Source of the DNA: Demequinaceae bacterium
GTDB taxonomy: Bacteria > Actinomycetota > Actinomycetes > Actinomycetales > JAJYRW01
Assembly: GCA_027322505.1 (NCBI GenBank)
Contig: DAHVRJ010000074.1
Span: forward strand, 1-58,500
Direction: 5' to 3'
Length of the DNA stretch: 58,500 nt
Below the pieces are notes generated by a model. The model saw only the letters and a program-made list of their open reading frames with translations, had not been told where the DNA came from and ran no database searches. The position numbers and the translations under genes are program-made. Positions 8,526-18,206 of this stretch are shown piece by piece. Numbering within the stretch: position 1 is the stretch's first letter; every line of letters begins with the position of its first letter.

Positions 8526-10196
8526 ATGAGTAAGCATTCGCTGCGCTCGACTCCGAACCCAAACATTTACTTACAAGGGCGCGGTTCTAGTGAGCTGTAT
8601 TGCGACGTTTTGGTTGTTGGTGGTGGGCTCGGGGGTGTCGGGGCGGCTTTGGCTCTGGCTGAATCGGGGCGCAAGGTTATTTTGACCGAAGAATACGAGT
8701 GGCTAGGTGGGCAATTAACGAGTCAAGCTGTACCGCTCGATGAGCACTCCTGGATTGAACATTTTGGATGCACCAATCGCTATCGACGATTACGCGATAG
8801 TTTGCGTCTTTATTACAAGAACAATTATCCGTTAACGCTTGCGGCCCAGGCCGATCCCTATTTGAATCCCGGAAACGGCCTAGTTAGTAAAATCTGCGTT
8901 GAGCCCAAGGTTGCCGCCGCAACTATCGAGTCGATGCTCGCGCCCTATGAATCGAGCGGCCGCCTGTTAGTGCTTAAGCCAAGTGTCCCGGTAGCTGCCA
9001 CGATGGATGGCGACCGAATCGCCTCTGTCACAGTTAAGTCAAAGATTAGTGGCGAGACCTTCGTTATCAGGTCAGAATACGTGTTGGATGCTACGGAACT
9101 CGGTGATGTCTTGCCGATCGTTGAAGCCGAGTACGTCACTGGTTTCGAGGCTCAAAGCGATACGGGCGAGCCGAGTGCTCCATTAGAAGCGCAACCAAAC
9201 AACCAGCAAGCTTTTAGCTGGTGTTTTGCAATCGATCACATCGAGGGCGAAAACTTCGTTATTCCCGAACCCGAAGACTATTCATATTGGCGTACAAAGC
9301 AGCCCAATTATTGGGGTGCGCCCATGCTGTCGCTTACCGGTCCAGATCCCCGCACTCTCGAAACTCTCACGCGGACGTTTACACCTAATCCAGCAGACGA
9401 TGTGTTGCGTGATGCGGACCAGGCTAAGGATCCCGGGGATCGTGAACTGTGGAAATTCCGCAGAATTATTGATCGAAGCAATTTTCTACCAGGCACCTAT
9501 CAAAGCGACATCGTGCTGGTGAACTGGCCCATGATCGATTATTTGGATGGGCCGCTAGTCGGCTGTGAGCAAGCGGAGCGTCAGCAGCATGAGCGCGCTG
9601 CGCGGCGGCAGTCTTTGTCAATGCTTTATTGGTTGCAAACTGAAGCTCCCCGACCCGATGGAGGGCAAGGTTTCCCCGGCTTGCGATTGCGCAGTGATAT
9701 CACTCAGGGACCGGATGGCTTAGCAATGGCACCTTATATACGGGAATCACGTCGCCTTAAAACCGTTGCGACAGTGACCGAGAACGATCTGTCTATCTCG
9801 CTCGCCGGCGATGCCGCTCCTTATGTGGTGAGCGATTCCGTTGGTGTGGGCATGTACCGGATCGACCTGCATCCATCCACCGGTGGCGATAACTATCTCG
9901 ATGTTCCAAGCAGGCCCTTTGAGATCCCGCTGGGACTGTTGATACCGCAAAGAATTAGCAACCTCCTAGCGGCCGGAAAAAATATTGGCTCAACGCATAT
10001 AACTAACGGTGCATTTCGCCTGCATCCCACTGAGTGGAATATCGGTGAGAGCGCAGGAATGCTTGCCCACTATTGCTTGGACAACGATCTGTCACCCCAT
10101 GACGTCTATGAAAACAAGGCCTCGTTGCGGCAATACCAACAAACACTAATTAAGTCCGGCGTGGAGCTGCACTGGCCAGAGGTTAAAGGTTACTAG
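8526..10196 (+). CDS. FAD-dependent oxidoreductase (FAD_oxidored family), function unknown
   Basis: 556 aa. Rossmann dinucleotide motif VLVVGGGLGGVGAALALAESGRKVILTEE. SD GAAAGGA upstream. Co-oriented with the ABC importer genes. Confidence 0.7.
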   Translation: MSKHSLRSTPNPNIYLQGRGSSELYCDVLVVGGGLGGVGAALALAESGRKVILTEEYEWLGGQLTSQAVPLDEHSWIEHFGCTNRYRRLRDSLRLYYKNNYPLTLAAQADPYLNPGNGLVSKICVEPKVAAATIESMLAPYESSGRLLVLKPSVPVAATMDGDRIASVTVKSKISGETFVIRSEYVLDATELGDVLPIVEAEYVTGFEAQSDTGEPSAPLEAQPNNQQAFSWCFAIDHIEGENFVIPEPEDYSYWRTKQPNYWGAPMLSLTGPDPRTLETLTRTFTPNPADDVLRDADQAKDPGDRELWKFRRIIDRSNFLPGTYQSDIVLVNWPMIDYLDGPLVGCEQAERQQHERAARRQSLSMLYWLQTEAPRPDGGQGFPGLRLRSDITQGPDGLAMAPYIRESRRLKTVATVTENDLSISLAGDAAPYVVSDSVGVGMYRIDLHPSTGGDNYLDVPSRPFEIPLGLLIPQRISNLLAAGKNIGSTHITNGAFRLHPTEWNIGESAGMLAHYCLDNDLSPHDVYENKASLRQYQQTLIKSGVELHWPEVKGY

Positions 10197-10207
10197 AAAG
10201 GAAAAAA

Positions 10208-11509
10208 ATGAAATCAACAAAGAAGTTGAAATCGGCTGGCGTCTTGGTGGGCACGACGCTCTTGGCGGCCAGCTGTGCTTCTGGTTCGGGTTCTTCGGAT
10301 GAGCCGGAAGCTGATTCGATTGACCTGCGTATGACCGTCTGGACATCCGCGGATGCACACTTGGATTTGTTCCAGGGAATCGCTGATGCCTATATGGAAA
10401 CGCATCCGGAAATTAGTTCGATAAAGTTTGACCCCCTTCCGTTCGACGACTACACGTCGACATTGACGACGCAGATCGCAGGTGGCAGCCCGCCGGATTT
10501 AGCGTGGATATTCGATGACACAGCCCCGGATTTCGTGCAAAGCGGTGCGCTGGTTCCGCTCAATGATGTTCTCGAGTCCACGGATGGTTATGAATTCCAC
10601 GACTTGAATGAGAAAGCATTGGAGTTGTGGAAAGACGACACAGAGATACTGGCATATCCGTTCAGTACCTCGCCGTTTGTGACGTTCGTTAATGAAGACC
10701 TGCTCGAGGAAAGCGGTTTGCCCAATTCCGAAGAAATGGTTTCCAGTGGCGATTGGACTTGGGAAAAGGTTAGTGCAGCCGGATCGAAGGTTAAGGAAGA
10801 AACCGGAAAAAACGGGTTCATCATCAGAGACTTCGAGTACTTGGATTGGGTTTATCTAAGCACGGTTTGGAACGGATGGGGTGCCAGCCCGTGGGATGAA
10901 GCTGGAACCACTTGTACTTTTGACAGTCCAGAAATGGTTTCTGCCTTCGAGTTCTTGCACGATGCTGCCTTCGAAAGCAATTCGATGCCAGGGCCGGGCA
11001 CGACTGCTGACTTTTTCGCGGGCGATGCCGCATTTACGGTGACCCAAATTTCTCGCGCATCGGAGCTTCCTGAAGACGGCTTCAACTGGGAACTGCTATC
11101 TCTTCCACATGGCCCCGAAGGTGAATATTCGGTTACCGGACAGGCCGGCCTGGGCGTTTTGACGGCAAGCAAGAACGAGGACGCGGCCGCCGAATTCCTC
11201 GCCTTCTTCACCAATCCCGAGAATGCGGAAGAACTAGCAGAATTCTTCCCGCCGCCGCGTGAATCACTTCTGACTGCAGAAGTACTGTCGGAATCTAATC
11301 CCCGATTGAGCCCGGAGCAGATCGAGTCGGTGGTTGTCCCGGGAATCGAAACCGGCGAGGTGCGTCCGGGGCACTCGAATAATCAAGAAATAAGTCAGAA
11401 GGTCCGCGCGTCCCTTGATGACCTATGGAAAAACAACGCCGACATTGAAGAAATATTAGGCGCTACCTGTGCATCTATCGAAACATATTTGAAGGATGCA
11501 GAATCGTGA
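10208..11509 (+). CDS. Sugar ABC transporter substrate-binding lipoprotein
   Basis: 433 aa. Lipobox LLAASC after a basic N-terminus. Looks like family 1 extracellular solute-binding protein. Confidence 0.8.
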   Translation: MKSTKKLKSAGVLVGTTLLAASCASGSGSSDEPEADSIDLRMTVWTSADAHLDLFQGIADAYMETHPEISSIKFDPLPFDDYTSTLTTQIAGGSPPDLAWIFDDTAPDFVQSGALVPLNDVLESTDGYEFHDLNEKALELWKDDTEILAYPFSTSPFVTFVNEDLLEESGLPNSEEMVSSGDWTWEKVSAAGSKVKEETGKNGFIIRDFEYLDWVYLSTVWNGWGASPWDEAGTTCTFDSPEMVSAFEFLHDAAFESNSMPGPGTTADFFAGDAAFTVTQISRASELPEDGFNWELLSLPHGPEGEYSVTGQAGLGVLTASKNEDAAAEFLAFFTNPENAEELAEFFPPPRESLLTAEVLSESNPRLSPEQIESVVVPGIETGEVRPGHSNNQEISQKVRASLDDLWKNNADIEEILGATCASIETYLKDAES

Positions 11510-12450
11510 GTACGAACCTGTCCCCCAACCGCTCGCGGCGGGTGGGGGACACCCTTCCTAAGAAAAAGCGTTTTACGTATCAGACGCGGGACGCGCTTAC
11601 CGGCTATGTATTCATAGCCCCCCAGGTACTGGGAATAGCACTTTTTGTGTTGGTTCCTCTAGGTCTAATTTTTTATTACTCGTTCCATGAGTGGAACGTA
11701 TTAGCTAATGACTTCAGCTTCGTCGGGATAGACAACTTCAAAAAGTTCCTGAACGACCCCGACATGAATACCGTGCTGCGAAATACAGGAGTCTTTTCAC
11801 TCGGCCTAGTTATCTTCAACTTGTCGTTGGCGTTATTCCTCGCAGTAATGCTGAACCGCAAAATACGTGGAACGGCGTTCTTCCGTACAGTCTTCTTCTC
11901 CCCAGTTGTAATTTCGCTAGTAGCCTGGACGATCGTTTGGGGCTTCTTACTCCAAGATAATGGAGGTATTAATGCCCTTTTGAGCATGATGGGCATAGAC
12001 GGCCCAAACTGGCTACGAGAAGGTTGGGGAGCGATGATATCGGTGATCGTCGTTCAGGTGTTTAAGAACGTTGGGCTAAATATGGTTTTGTTCCTCTCGG
12101 CACTGCAGGGTGTGCCGACGGAACTGTACGAAGCAGCAGCGCTAGATGGAGCGAATCGGCGCAAGATCTTCAGTAAAATGACCGTGCCGCTTATATCGCC
12201 GATGATTCTTTTAACCTCGATCATCACCATTGTTGGATCTTTGCAAGTTTATGCACAAGTTGCCGTCTTAACACAGGGCGGCCCCGGCATGTCGACGACG
12301 GTGCTGGTCTATTACATAGTTCAGCAATCGTTCGATTTCCACCAACTAGGCTACGGCTCCCTTTTAGCGATAATACTCTTTCTAATTGTTTTGGTTCTTA
12401 CGGTAGTTCAGTGGCAGATGCGTAAGCGATGGGTGCATTATGAGCAATAG
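11506..12450 (+). CDS. Sugar ABC transporter permease (MalF/UgpA-like)
   Basis: 314 aa, multi-TM, with an EAA-type loop (LYEAAALDGANRRKIFSKMTVPL). The start overlaps the upstream stop. Confidence 0.85.
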   Translation: MSTNLSPNRSRRVGDTLPKKKRFTYQTRDALTGYVFIAPQVLGIALFVLVPLGLIFYYSFHEWNVLANDFSFVGIDNFKKFLNDPDMNTVLRNTGVFSLGLVIFNLSLALFLAVMLNRKIRGTAFFRTVFFSPVVISLVAWTIVWGFLLQDNGGINALLSMMGIDGPNWLREGWGAMISVIVVQVFKNVGLNMVLFLSALQGVPTELYEAAALDGANRRKIFSKMTVPLISPMILLTSIITIVGSLQVYAQVAVLTQGGPGMSTTVLVYYIVQQSFDFHQLGYGSLLAIILFLIVLVLTVVQWQMRKRWVHYEQ

Positions 12451-13378
12451 TGATTTGGCGGTCCCAATTGATTTAGATGTTGATGCGCCCGCTGGTCCAC
12501 CCGAGGCCGGCAAAACAAGGTCGGTGAAGGGTGAAACGAAAACGCGTCGCCCCATCTGGCCTCGGATTGCGTTTTACGTTTCCTTGTCAGTATTGGCTCT
12601 TCCTTTTGTGATGCCGACCTGGTGGATGATTACGTCATCATTGAAGCCGCTAAGCGAAATCTTTGCATACCCACCGACCTTATGGCCCTCTGAGCCCACA
12701 TTGGATGCATATCGTGAAGCGTTTATAGTGCAGCCATTCGCAAGGCAATACTTTAACAGTGTCTACATCGCTGCGCTTGTCACGCTCGGTACGATGATCT
12801 TTTCATCATTGGCCGGATATGCGTTTGCGCGCATACGCTTTAAAGGTCAAAACTTCTTATTTTTGGTTGTTCTTATCGGCTTATTGATACCGAGCGAAGT
12901 CACAATCATTCCATTGTTCAAGATGTTTAATGAATGGGGAATGATTGATACGCATTGGCCGTTAATACTAGCAACTACGTTCGGAGCGCCAAGTGTGTTA
13001 GCAACCTTCATCATGCGACAATTCTTCATTACCCTGCCGATAGAATTAGAGGAAGCGGCACGTCTTGATGGCCTCGGCCGCTGGCGAACATGGTTTCTGA
13101 TAGCCATGCCGCTTTCCCGGAGTGCATTGGCCGCTGTGGCCATTTTCACGTTTCAGCATGTGTGGAATCTGTATTTGGAACCGACAGTGTTTTTACAGTC
13201 GCCAGAAATGTTCACCGTGCCACAGGCATTAACCAGATTCACCGACGCTTATGGCGGCGAGATGTGGAATATTCAACTGGCTGCGGGCTCTATGACGGTA
13301 ATTCCGATACTTGTTATCTTCGTGTTGGCTCAAAGGCAGTTCATCCAGGGGCTGGCCCAAACCGGGCTTAAGGGATAA
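12440..13378 (+). CDS. Sugar ABC transporter permease (MalG/UgpE-like)
   Basis: 312 aa, multi-TM, with an EAA loop (LEEAARLDGLGRWRTWFLIAMPL). No ATPase gene is present in the locus. Confidence 0.85.
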   Translation: MSNSDLAVPIDLDVDAPAGPPEAGKTRSVKGETKTRRPIWPRIAFYVSLSVLALPFVMPTWWMITSSLKPLSEIFAYPPTLWPSEPTLDAYREAFIVQPFARQYFNSVYIAALVTLGTMIFSSLAGYAFARIRFKGQNFLFLVVLIGLLIPSEVTIIPLFKMFNEWGMIDTHWPLILATTFGAPSVLATFIMRQFFITLPIELEEAARLDGLGRWRTWFLIAMPLSRSALAAVAIFTFQHVWNLYLEPTVFLQSPEMFTVPQALTRFTDAYGGEMWNIQLAAGSMTVIPILVIFVLAQRQFIQGLAQTGLKG

Positions 13379-13465
13379 CTGCGCTGCGCTTAACGGTTCG
13401 CGGTCATGCTACGCCGGGAATGTAGTGTTGGACGGCAGGCCTTAGGCTTATTTCTCGACATGCCT

Positions 13466-13489
13466 GGCCGCTACGTCCGCGTAGCGGCC
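13466..13489. terminator. Perfect 10-bp hairpin after the ABC operon
   Basis: GGCCGCTACG-TCCG-CGTAGCGGCC. There is no clear U-tract, so terminator function is uncertain. Confidence 0.35.
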
Positions 13490-13567
13490 ATCAATCCGTG
13501 TGGTGCGGTATAAGTTTTGCGGTATAAGTTTTAACGAAGTGATTCGCACCCCAACCTGAGACGAGGA

Positions 13568-15253
13568 ATGTTGGCTGAGTTCATCTACACCATGTACAAA
13601 GCGCGCAAGGCGCACGGCGACAAGGTGATCCTTGATGACGTCACCATGAGTTTTTATCCCGGTGCCAAGATTGGCTTGGTGGGCCCAAATGGGGCGGGAA
13701 AGTCCACGATTTTGAAGATCATGGCGGGCCTTGACGAGGCCTCAAACGGTGAAGCGCGCTTAAGTCCGGGCTATAGCGTCGGAATTCTGGAACAAGAACC
13801 GCCCCTAAATGAAGACAAGACGGTTTTGGGCAACGTGGAAGAGGGCGTGGCCGACATCAAGGCCAAAGTCGACCGCTTCAACGAAATCTCTGGCCTCATG
13901 GCCGAGCCCGATGCCGACTTTGATGCCCTCATGGAAGAGATGGGGCAACTACAAGAGGCAATAGATGCCGCTGATGCTTGGGACCTTGACGCGCAACTGC
14001 AACAGGCAATGGACGCACTGCGCTGCCCACCCTCAGATATGGATGTCAAAGTCTTATCCGGGGGAGAGCGCCGCCGCGTAGCGCTATGCAAGCTCCTATT
14101 AGAGCAGCCAGACTTGCTCTTGCTTGACGAGCCCACTAACCACCTGGACGCCGAATCCGTCCTCTGGCTGGAACAGCACCTGGGCAAGTATCCCGGCGCC
14201 GTTATCGCCGTAACACACGACCGCTACTTCTTAGATCACGTCGCGGAATGGATCGGCGAGGTGGACCGCGGCCGACTCCACGCCTATGAGGGCAACTACT
14301 CCACCTACCTGGAGAAAAAGCAGGAACGCCTGCAAATCCAGGGCAAAAAAGACGCCAAACTCGCTAAGCGACTGGCCGATGAGTTGGAGTGGGTGCGCTC
14401 GAGCGCCAAGGGCCGGCAGAGTAAGTCACGGGCCCGACTCGAACGGTACGAAGAAATGGCCGCCGAGGCTGAGCGCACTCGCAAGCTCGACTTCGATGAG
14501 ATTCAAATCCCGCCCGGCCCGCGCCTGGGCTCGGTAGTAATCGAGGCCAGTGACATTAAGAAGGGCTTTGGGGATCGCGTCCTCATTGACGGCCTCTCTT
14601 TCACGCTGCCGCCCAACGGCATCGTGGGCATCATCGGCCCTAACGGTGTCGGAAAGACCACGCTGTTTAAGACCATGGTGGGACTAGAGTCCCTCGATGA
14701 GGGCGATCTCAAAATCGGCGAAACCGTAAAGATTTCCTACGTCGACCAGACCCGAGCCGGCATTGACCCAGAAGAGTCGGTGTGGCAGGTGGTATCCGAC
14801 GGGCTCGACTACATTCACGTTGGCAACGTGGAGATGCCCTCGCGCGCATATGTCAGCGCTTTCGGCTTCAAGGGCCACGATCAACAAAAGCCGGCCGGCG
14901 TGCTTTCCGGTGGGGAGCGCAACCGCTTGAACCTCGCGCTAACCCTCAAGCAGGGGGGAAACTTACTCCTGCTGGATGAGCCGACAAACGACCTCGACGT
15001 CGAAACCCTGGGCTCGCTTGAAAACGCCCTGCTGGAATTCCCGGGTTGCGCGGTAGTTACCTCGCACGACCGGTGGTTCCTCGACCGCGTCGCAACCCAC
15101 ATCCTGGCGTGGGAAGGAACTGAGGAGGACCCGGCCCAGTGGTACTGGTTTGAGGGTAACTTCGCTGCCTATGAGGAAAATAAAGTCGAACGCCTCGGAC
15201 CGGAGGCGGCCCGGCCCCACCGTGTCACTTACCGCAAACTAACCCGCAGCTAA
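13568..15253 (+). CDS. ettA: Energy-dependent translational throttle protein EttA (ABC-F ATPase)
   Basis: 561 aa. The N-terminus (AEFIYTMYKARKAHGDKVILDDVTMSFYPGAKIGLVGPNGAGKST) is typical of EttA. Two ABC cassettes with LSGGERRRVAL and LSGGERNRLNL signatures. Confidence 0.9.
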   Translation: MLAEFIYTMYKARKAHGDKVILDDVTMSFYPGAKIGLVGPNGAGKSTILKIMAGLDEASNGEARLSPGYSVGILEQEPPLNEDKTVLGNVEEGVADIKAKVDRFNEISGLMAEPDADFDALMEEMGQLQEAIDAADAWDLDAQLQQAMDALRCPPSDMDVKVLSGGERRRVALCKLLLEQPDLLLLDEPTNHLDAESVLWLEQHLGKYPGAVIAVTHDRYFLDHVAEWIGEVDRGRLHAYEGNYSTYLEKKQERLQIQGKKDAKLAKRLADELEWVRSSAKGRQSKSRARLERYEEMAAEAERTRKLDFDEIQIPPGPRLGSVVIEASDIKKGFGDRVLIDGLSFTLPPNGIVGIIGPNGVGKTTLFKTMVGLESLDEGDLKIGETVKISYVDQTRAGIDPEESVWQVVSDGLDYIHVGNVEMPSRAYVSAFGFKGHDQQKPAGVLSGGERNRLNLALTLKQGGNLLLLDEPTNDLDVETLGSLENALLEFPGCAVVTSHDRWFLDRVATHILAWEGTEEDPAQWYWFEGNFAAYEENKVERLGPEAARPHRVTYRKLTRS

Positions 15254-15714
15254 TGACCGAAAAACTCACGGTTCCCATCACGCTGCGCTGGTCGGACATC
15301 GACGCATACAGCCACGTGAACAATGCGGAACTCCTGCGCATCTTGGAGGAAGCCCGGATCCATGCCTTCTGGGCTTCCTCCGATCCGGACCGACCGGCAA
15401 CGGCAATTTTGGACGCGACACCCGGCTCCGAAACCGCCACCCTGATTGCGCGCCTTGAAATTGAGTATTTACGGCAAATTCCCTATCAGCGCCAACCCGT
15501 GCAAATCAGCATGTGGATTAGCCACCTGGGTGGGGCGAGCCTCGATCTGTGCTATGAGGTGGGCAATCACGCGGGAACTGAAAAATATGCCCACGCCCTA
15601 ACCACAATTGTCATGGCCGACGCGCGGACGCAAAAACCGCGGCGCATTACGGCTGAAGAGCGAGCAGTGTGGGAACCACTTCTGGGGCCCGCTCCGAAGT
15701 TCCGCCGCCGCTAG
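15253..15714 (+). CDS. Acyl-CoA thioesterase, hotdog fold (YbgC/4HBT-like)
   Basis: 153 aa. Typical start LRWSDIDAYSHVNNAELLRILEEAR. 1-nt TAATG overlap with ettA. Confidence 0.7.
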   Translation: MTEKLTVPITLRWSDIDAYSHVNNAELLRILEEARIHAFWASSDPDRPATAILDATPGSETATLIARLEIEYLRQIPYQRQPVQISMWISHLGGASLDLCYEVGNHAGTEKYAHALTTIVMADARTQKPRRITAEERAVWEPLLGPAPKFRRR

Positions 15715-15780
15715 GTTCAGAACTAGCCGCCGCTCGCGCCCATTCCGCCGCGCTCGCGCCTTCCTACTGCTCGCGCACTC

Positions 15781-16707
15781 CTACCGCGCCCGCACCATGC
15801 CTTCTTGCGCAATGGTCGCCACCAGGTCTCCGTCTTGGGTGAAGACCTTCGCCGTACCTAAGCCGCGACCACCCCCGGCCGAAGGTGAATCCTGTAAATA
15901 CAGCAACCACTGATCCACCCGGGCGGGGCGATGCCACCACATGGCGTGGTCCAAACTCGCAATTGACGTCCCGGGTGAGGTCCAACTCAGCGAGTGTCGG
16001 CGCAAAATTGGCTCCAACATGACGTGGTCGCAGGAGTAGGCCAACAGCGCAGCGTGCAGCAGTTTGTCATCGGGCAGGTCTGCTCGGCAGCGCATCCACA
16101 AAGACTGCGCCTCAGCAGCTTGCGGATCCGGCTCTAGCCACAGCGGCGGCGAAATGTGACGGACCTCAAAGGGAACCTCACGCACCCAATACTGAGCCGC
16201 CGGATGATCAATGGGGCCCAGCAGGTCAATTACGCTCTGCGCCTCTTCGGGCCCCGGAACATCGGGCATGGCTAATTCGTGACTAAAGCCCTCCTGCTGT
16301 TCTTGAAAAGAAGCGATCATCGACAAAATTGGTCTGTCATATTGCAAGGCGTGTGTCCGGCGCGCCGAAAACGAGCGCCCATCGCGCAGTCGCTCCACCG
16401 CGAGCCGGGAGGGCGTATCTACTTCGCCAGGTCGCAAAAAATAGCCGTGCATTGAGTGGGGCAGCCGGCCCTCGGGCACGGTTTTACCCGCAGCCAAAAG
16501 CGCCTGCGCTAGCGTGTGCCCGCCAAAGATTCGACCCGATGGATGGGGAAGATTCGCGCCGCTAAAGACGTTTTCTTGCCCCGAAACGGGCGTCAAACTA
16601 AGCGCGGCCAACAACCGATCAACGGCAGCATAAGTCCTAGTCACAAGTCCTATTTGACCAGATAACCCGGCCGGCCCTACCCCCTCGCCCCGGTCACAGG
16701 GCAACAT
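15781..16707 (-). CDS. tesB: Acyl-CoA thioesterase II
   Basis: TesB-like double hotdog (GRIFGGHTLAQALLAA, LHSMHGYFLRPG, SLDHAMWWHRP). The start is uncertain: ATG at 16707 or GTG at 16644. The ORF-track start at 16794 is probably too long. Confidence 0.75.
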   Translation of the reverse strand: MLPCDRGEGVGPAGLSGQIGLVTRTYAAVDRLLAALSLTPVSGQENVFSGANLPHPSGRIFGGHTLAQALLAAGKTVPEGRLPHSMHGYFLRPGEVDTPSRLAVERLRDGRSFSARRTHALQYDRPILSMIASFQEQQEGFSHELAMPDVPGPEEAQSVIDLLGPIDHPAAQYWVREVPFEVRHISPPLWLEPDPQAAEAQSLWMRCRADLPDDKLLHAALLAYSCDHVMLEPILRRHSLSWTSPGTSIASLDHAMWWHRPARVDQWLLYLQDSPSAGGGRGLGTAKVFTQDGDLVATIAQEGMVRAR

Positions 16708-16713
16708 GGAGGC

Positions 16714-17394
16714 GTGCTTTCCACCCCCATGACTCCTTTCGAATCCGGCCAACCCAGCCAATCTCTGCACCTGGCCGGGCCCAATGTTTGGCAAGATTTA
16801 AAAACTTTCATCGGGCGGGCCCGGCGCGTCGACGGCGGGGGAGCGGTACATCTCAGCGCCCCCAAATCCCGCGCCATTTTGGCTGCGTGGGTCGCAATTT
16901 TGGACGGCGTGGCTGGCACCGTGTTAGGAATGCGCACCTTTGAGCTAACTCATCCAGGCGAAGTTGAAGCGACCGTCTATCTAGCCGGAGTCGCAGATCG
17001 GCTTGCGCGTGAAGTGAACCTGCTGCACTCCGAGTTGGGAATTCCTCCCGTGATTGCCGCTGCCAATTGGGCACGGGATCTTCCGCCGACTTCGAACTGG
17101 GAACCGGTGGGCAAGATTGATGCGGAAGAAGTGATTGCGGCGGCGCGGGCGGGCGCTGATGAACTGGCCGAAAGCACTCCGCAGGTCCCAGGAATGCCCA
17201 TGGTTACCGCGCTGCGTAACCGAATTTGGTTCACGCCGATGCTCCCCGGTGTGCCCACGGGTGCCGCATTTGGGCTCGATGTTTTGGGGTTCATTCACCC
17301 CGATGATGAAGTTGCGGTTTATCGCTCTGGCACCTGGTTTCGCCTCAGTACGCGGGCCGGACACGTAGTGGCTCGGATGGCCGCTGACTCTTAA
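16714..17394 (+). CDS. Hypothetical protein
   Basis: 226-aa ORF with coding-like composition and no recognised motif. Its end overlaps glbO convergently by 4 nt. Confidence 0.45.
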   Translation: MLSTPMTPFESGQPSQSLHLAGPNVWQDLKTFIGRARRVDGGGAVHLSAPKSRAILAAWVAILDGVAGTVLGMRTFELTHPGEVEATVYLAGVADRLAREVNLLHSELGIPPVIAAANWARDLPPTSNWEPVGKIDAEEVIAAARAGADELAESTPQVPGMPMVTALRNRIWFTPMLPGVPTGAAFGLDVLGFIHPDDEVAVYRSGTWFRLSTRAGHVVARMAADS

Positions 17395-17810
17395 TCCGGT
17401 GCGTTGACAAGTGAGTGGGCGGCACGTTCCAAATAATCCCAAAGCTGCGCTTCATGGACCGGCGATAACTTAAGCGCCTGCACACCGGCCCGCATGTGTT
17501 TTAACCACCGATCTCGCGCATCGGTATTGATGGTGTAGGGCTGGTGCCGCATCCGCAACCGCGGGTGCCCGCGGGTTTCGGAATAGGTGGTGGGACCGCC
17601 CCAGTACTGCTCTAAAAATAATTGCAGCCGCTCGGCTGCGGGGCCCAGGTCTTCTTCGGGGTACATTTCCCGCATCACCGGGTCATGTGCAACACCCTCG
17701 TAGAAAATGCGCACGAGTTTTTCAAAGGCAGCATGCCCGCCGATCGCCTCGAAGAAAGAGTCAGGTCGGGCGGCTTTGGAGGATCCGGGGGCGGAATTAG
17801 CAGTTGTCAC
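17391..17810 (-). CDS. glbO: Group II truncated haemoglobin
   Basis: 139 aa. FFEAIGGHAAFEKLVRIFYEGVAHDPVMREMYPEEDL...FLEQYWGGPTTYSETRGHPRLRMRH is characteristic of trHbO. Confidence 0.85.
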   Translation of the reverse strand: MTTANSAPGSSKAARPDSFFEAIGGHAAFEKLVRIFYEGVAHDPVMREMYPEEDLGPAAERLQLFLEQYWGGPTTYSETRGHPRLRMRHQPYTINTDARDRWLKHMRAGVQALKLSPVHEAQLWDYLERAAHSLVNAPD

Positions 17811-17901
17811 AGTTGCTAGTGTCGCATAGCAGATTCTGGGAAAATGAGGGTTGGGGCATACGATGTCTGCCAGGCCCCGGTTGGAATGAAAGGTTGGTGG
17901 G

Positions 17902-18156
17902 ATGGAGCAGCGAGTTATCGTTTCGGTAGCTGATGGGCTCCACGCACGGTCCGCCGCGGAATTTGTGCAACTAGCAGCCGATCAACCGGCTATCGTTTTT
18001 ATTAGCGCAAACAACTCTGACCGGGTGGAAACCACTTCCATCTTGGCGGTCATGAATCTGGGAATTTCCGAGGGCGATGAGGTAATTTTAAGCTCTGATG
18101 GCAATGACGCGGACGAAGCAATTAGTGCGCTGGCAGATTTTCTTACCAATCGCTAA
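17902..18156 (+). CDS. ptsH: PTS phosphocarrier protein HPr
   Basis: 84 aa. His-15 context GLHARSA and Ser-46-like region TTSILAVMNLG. Confidence 0.8.
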   Translation: MEQRVIVSVADGLHARSAAEFVQLAADQPAIVFISANNSDRVETTSILAVMNLGISEGDEVILSSDGNDADEAISALADFLTNR

Positions 18157-18206
18157 TCCAGGCTAGGATTTTAACTAAGACAGCAGGCATAGATTTAGGA
18201 GAGGCA

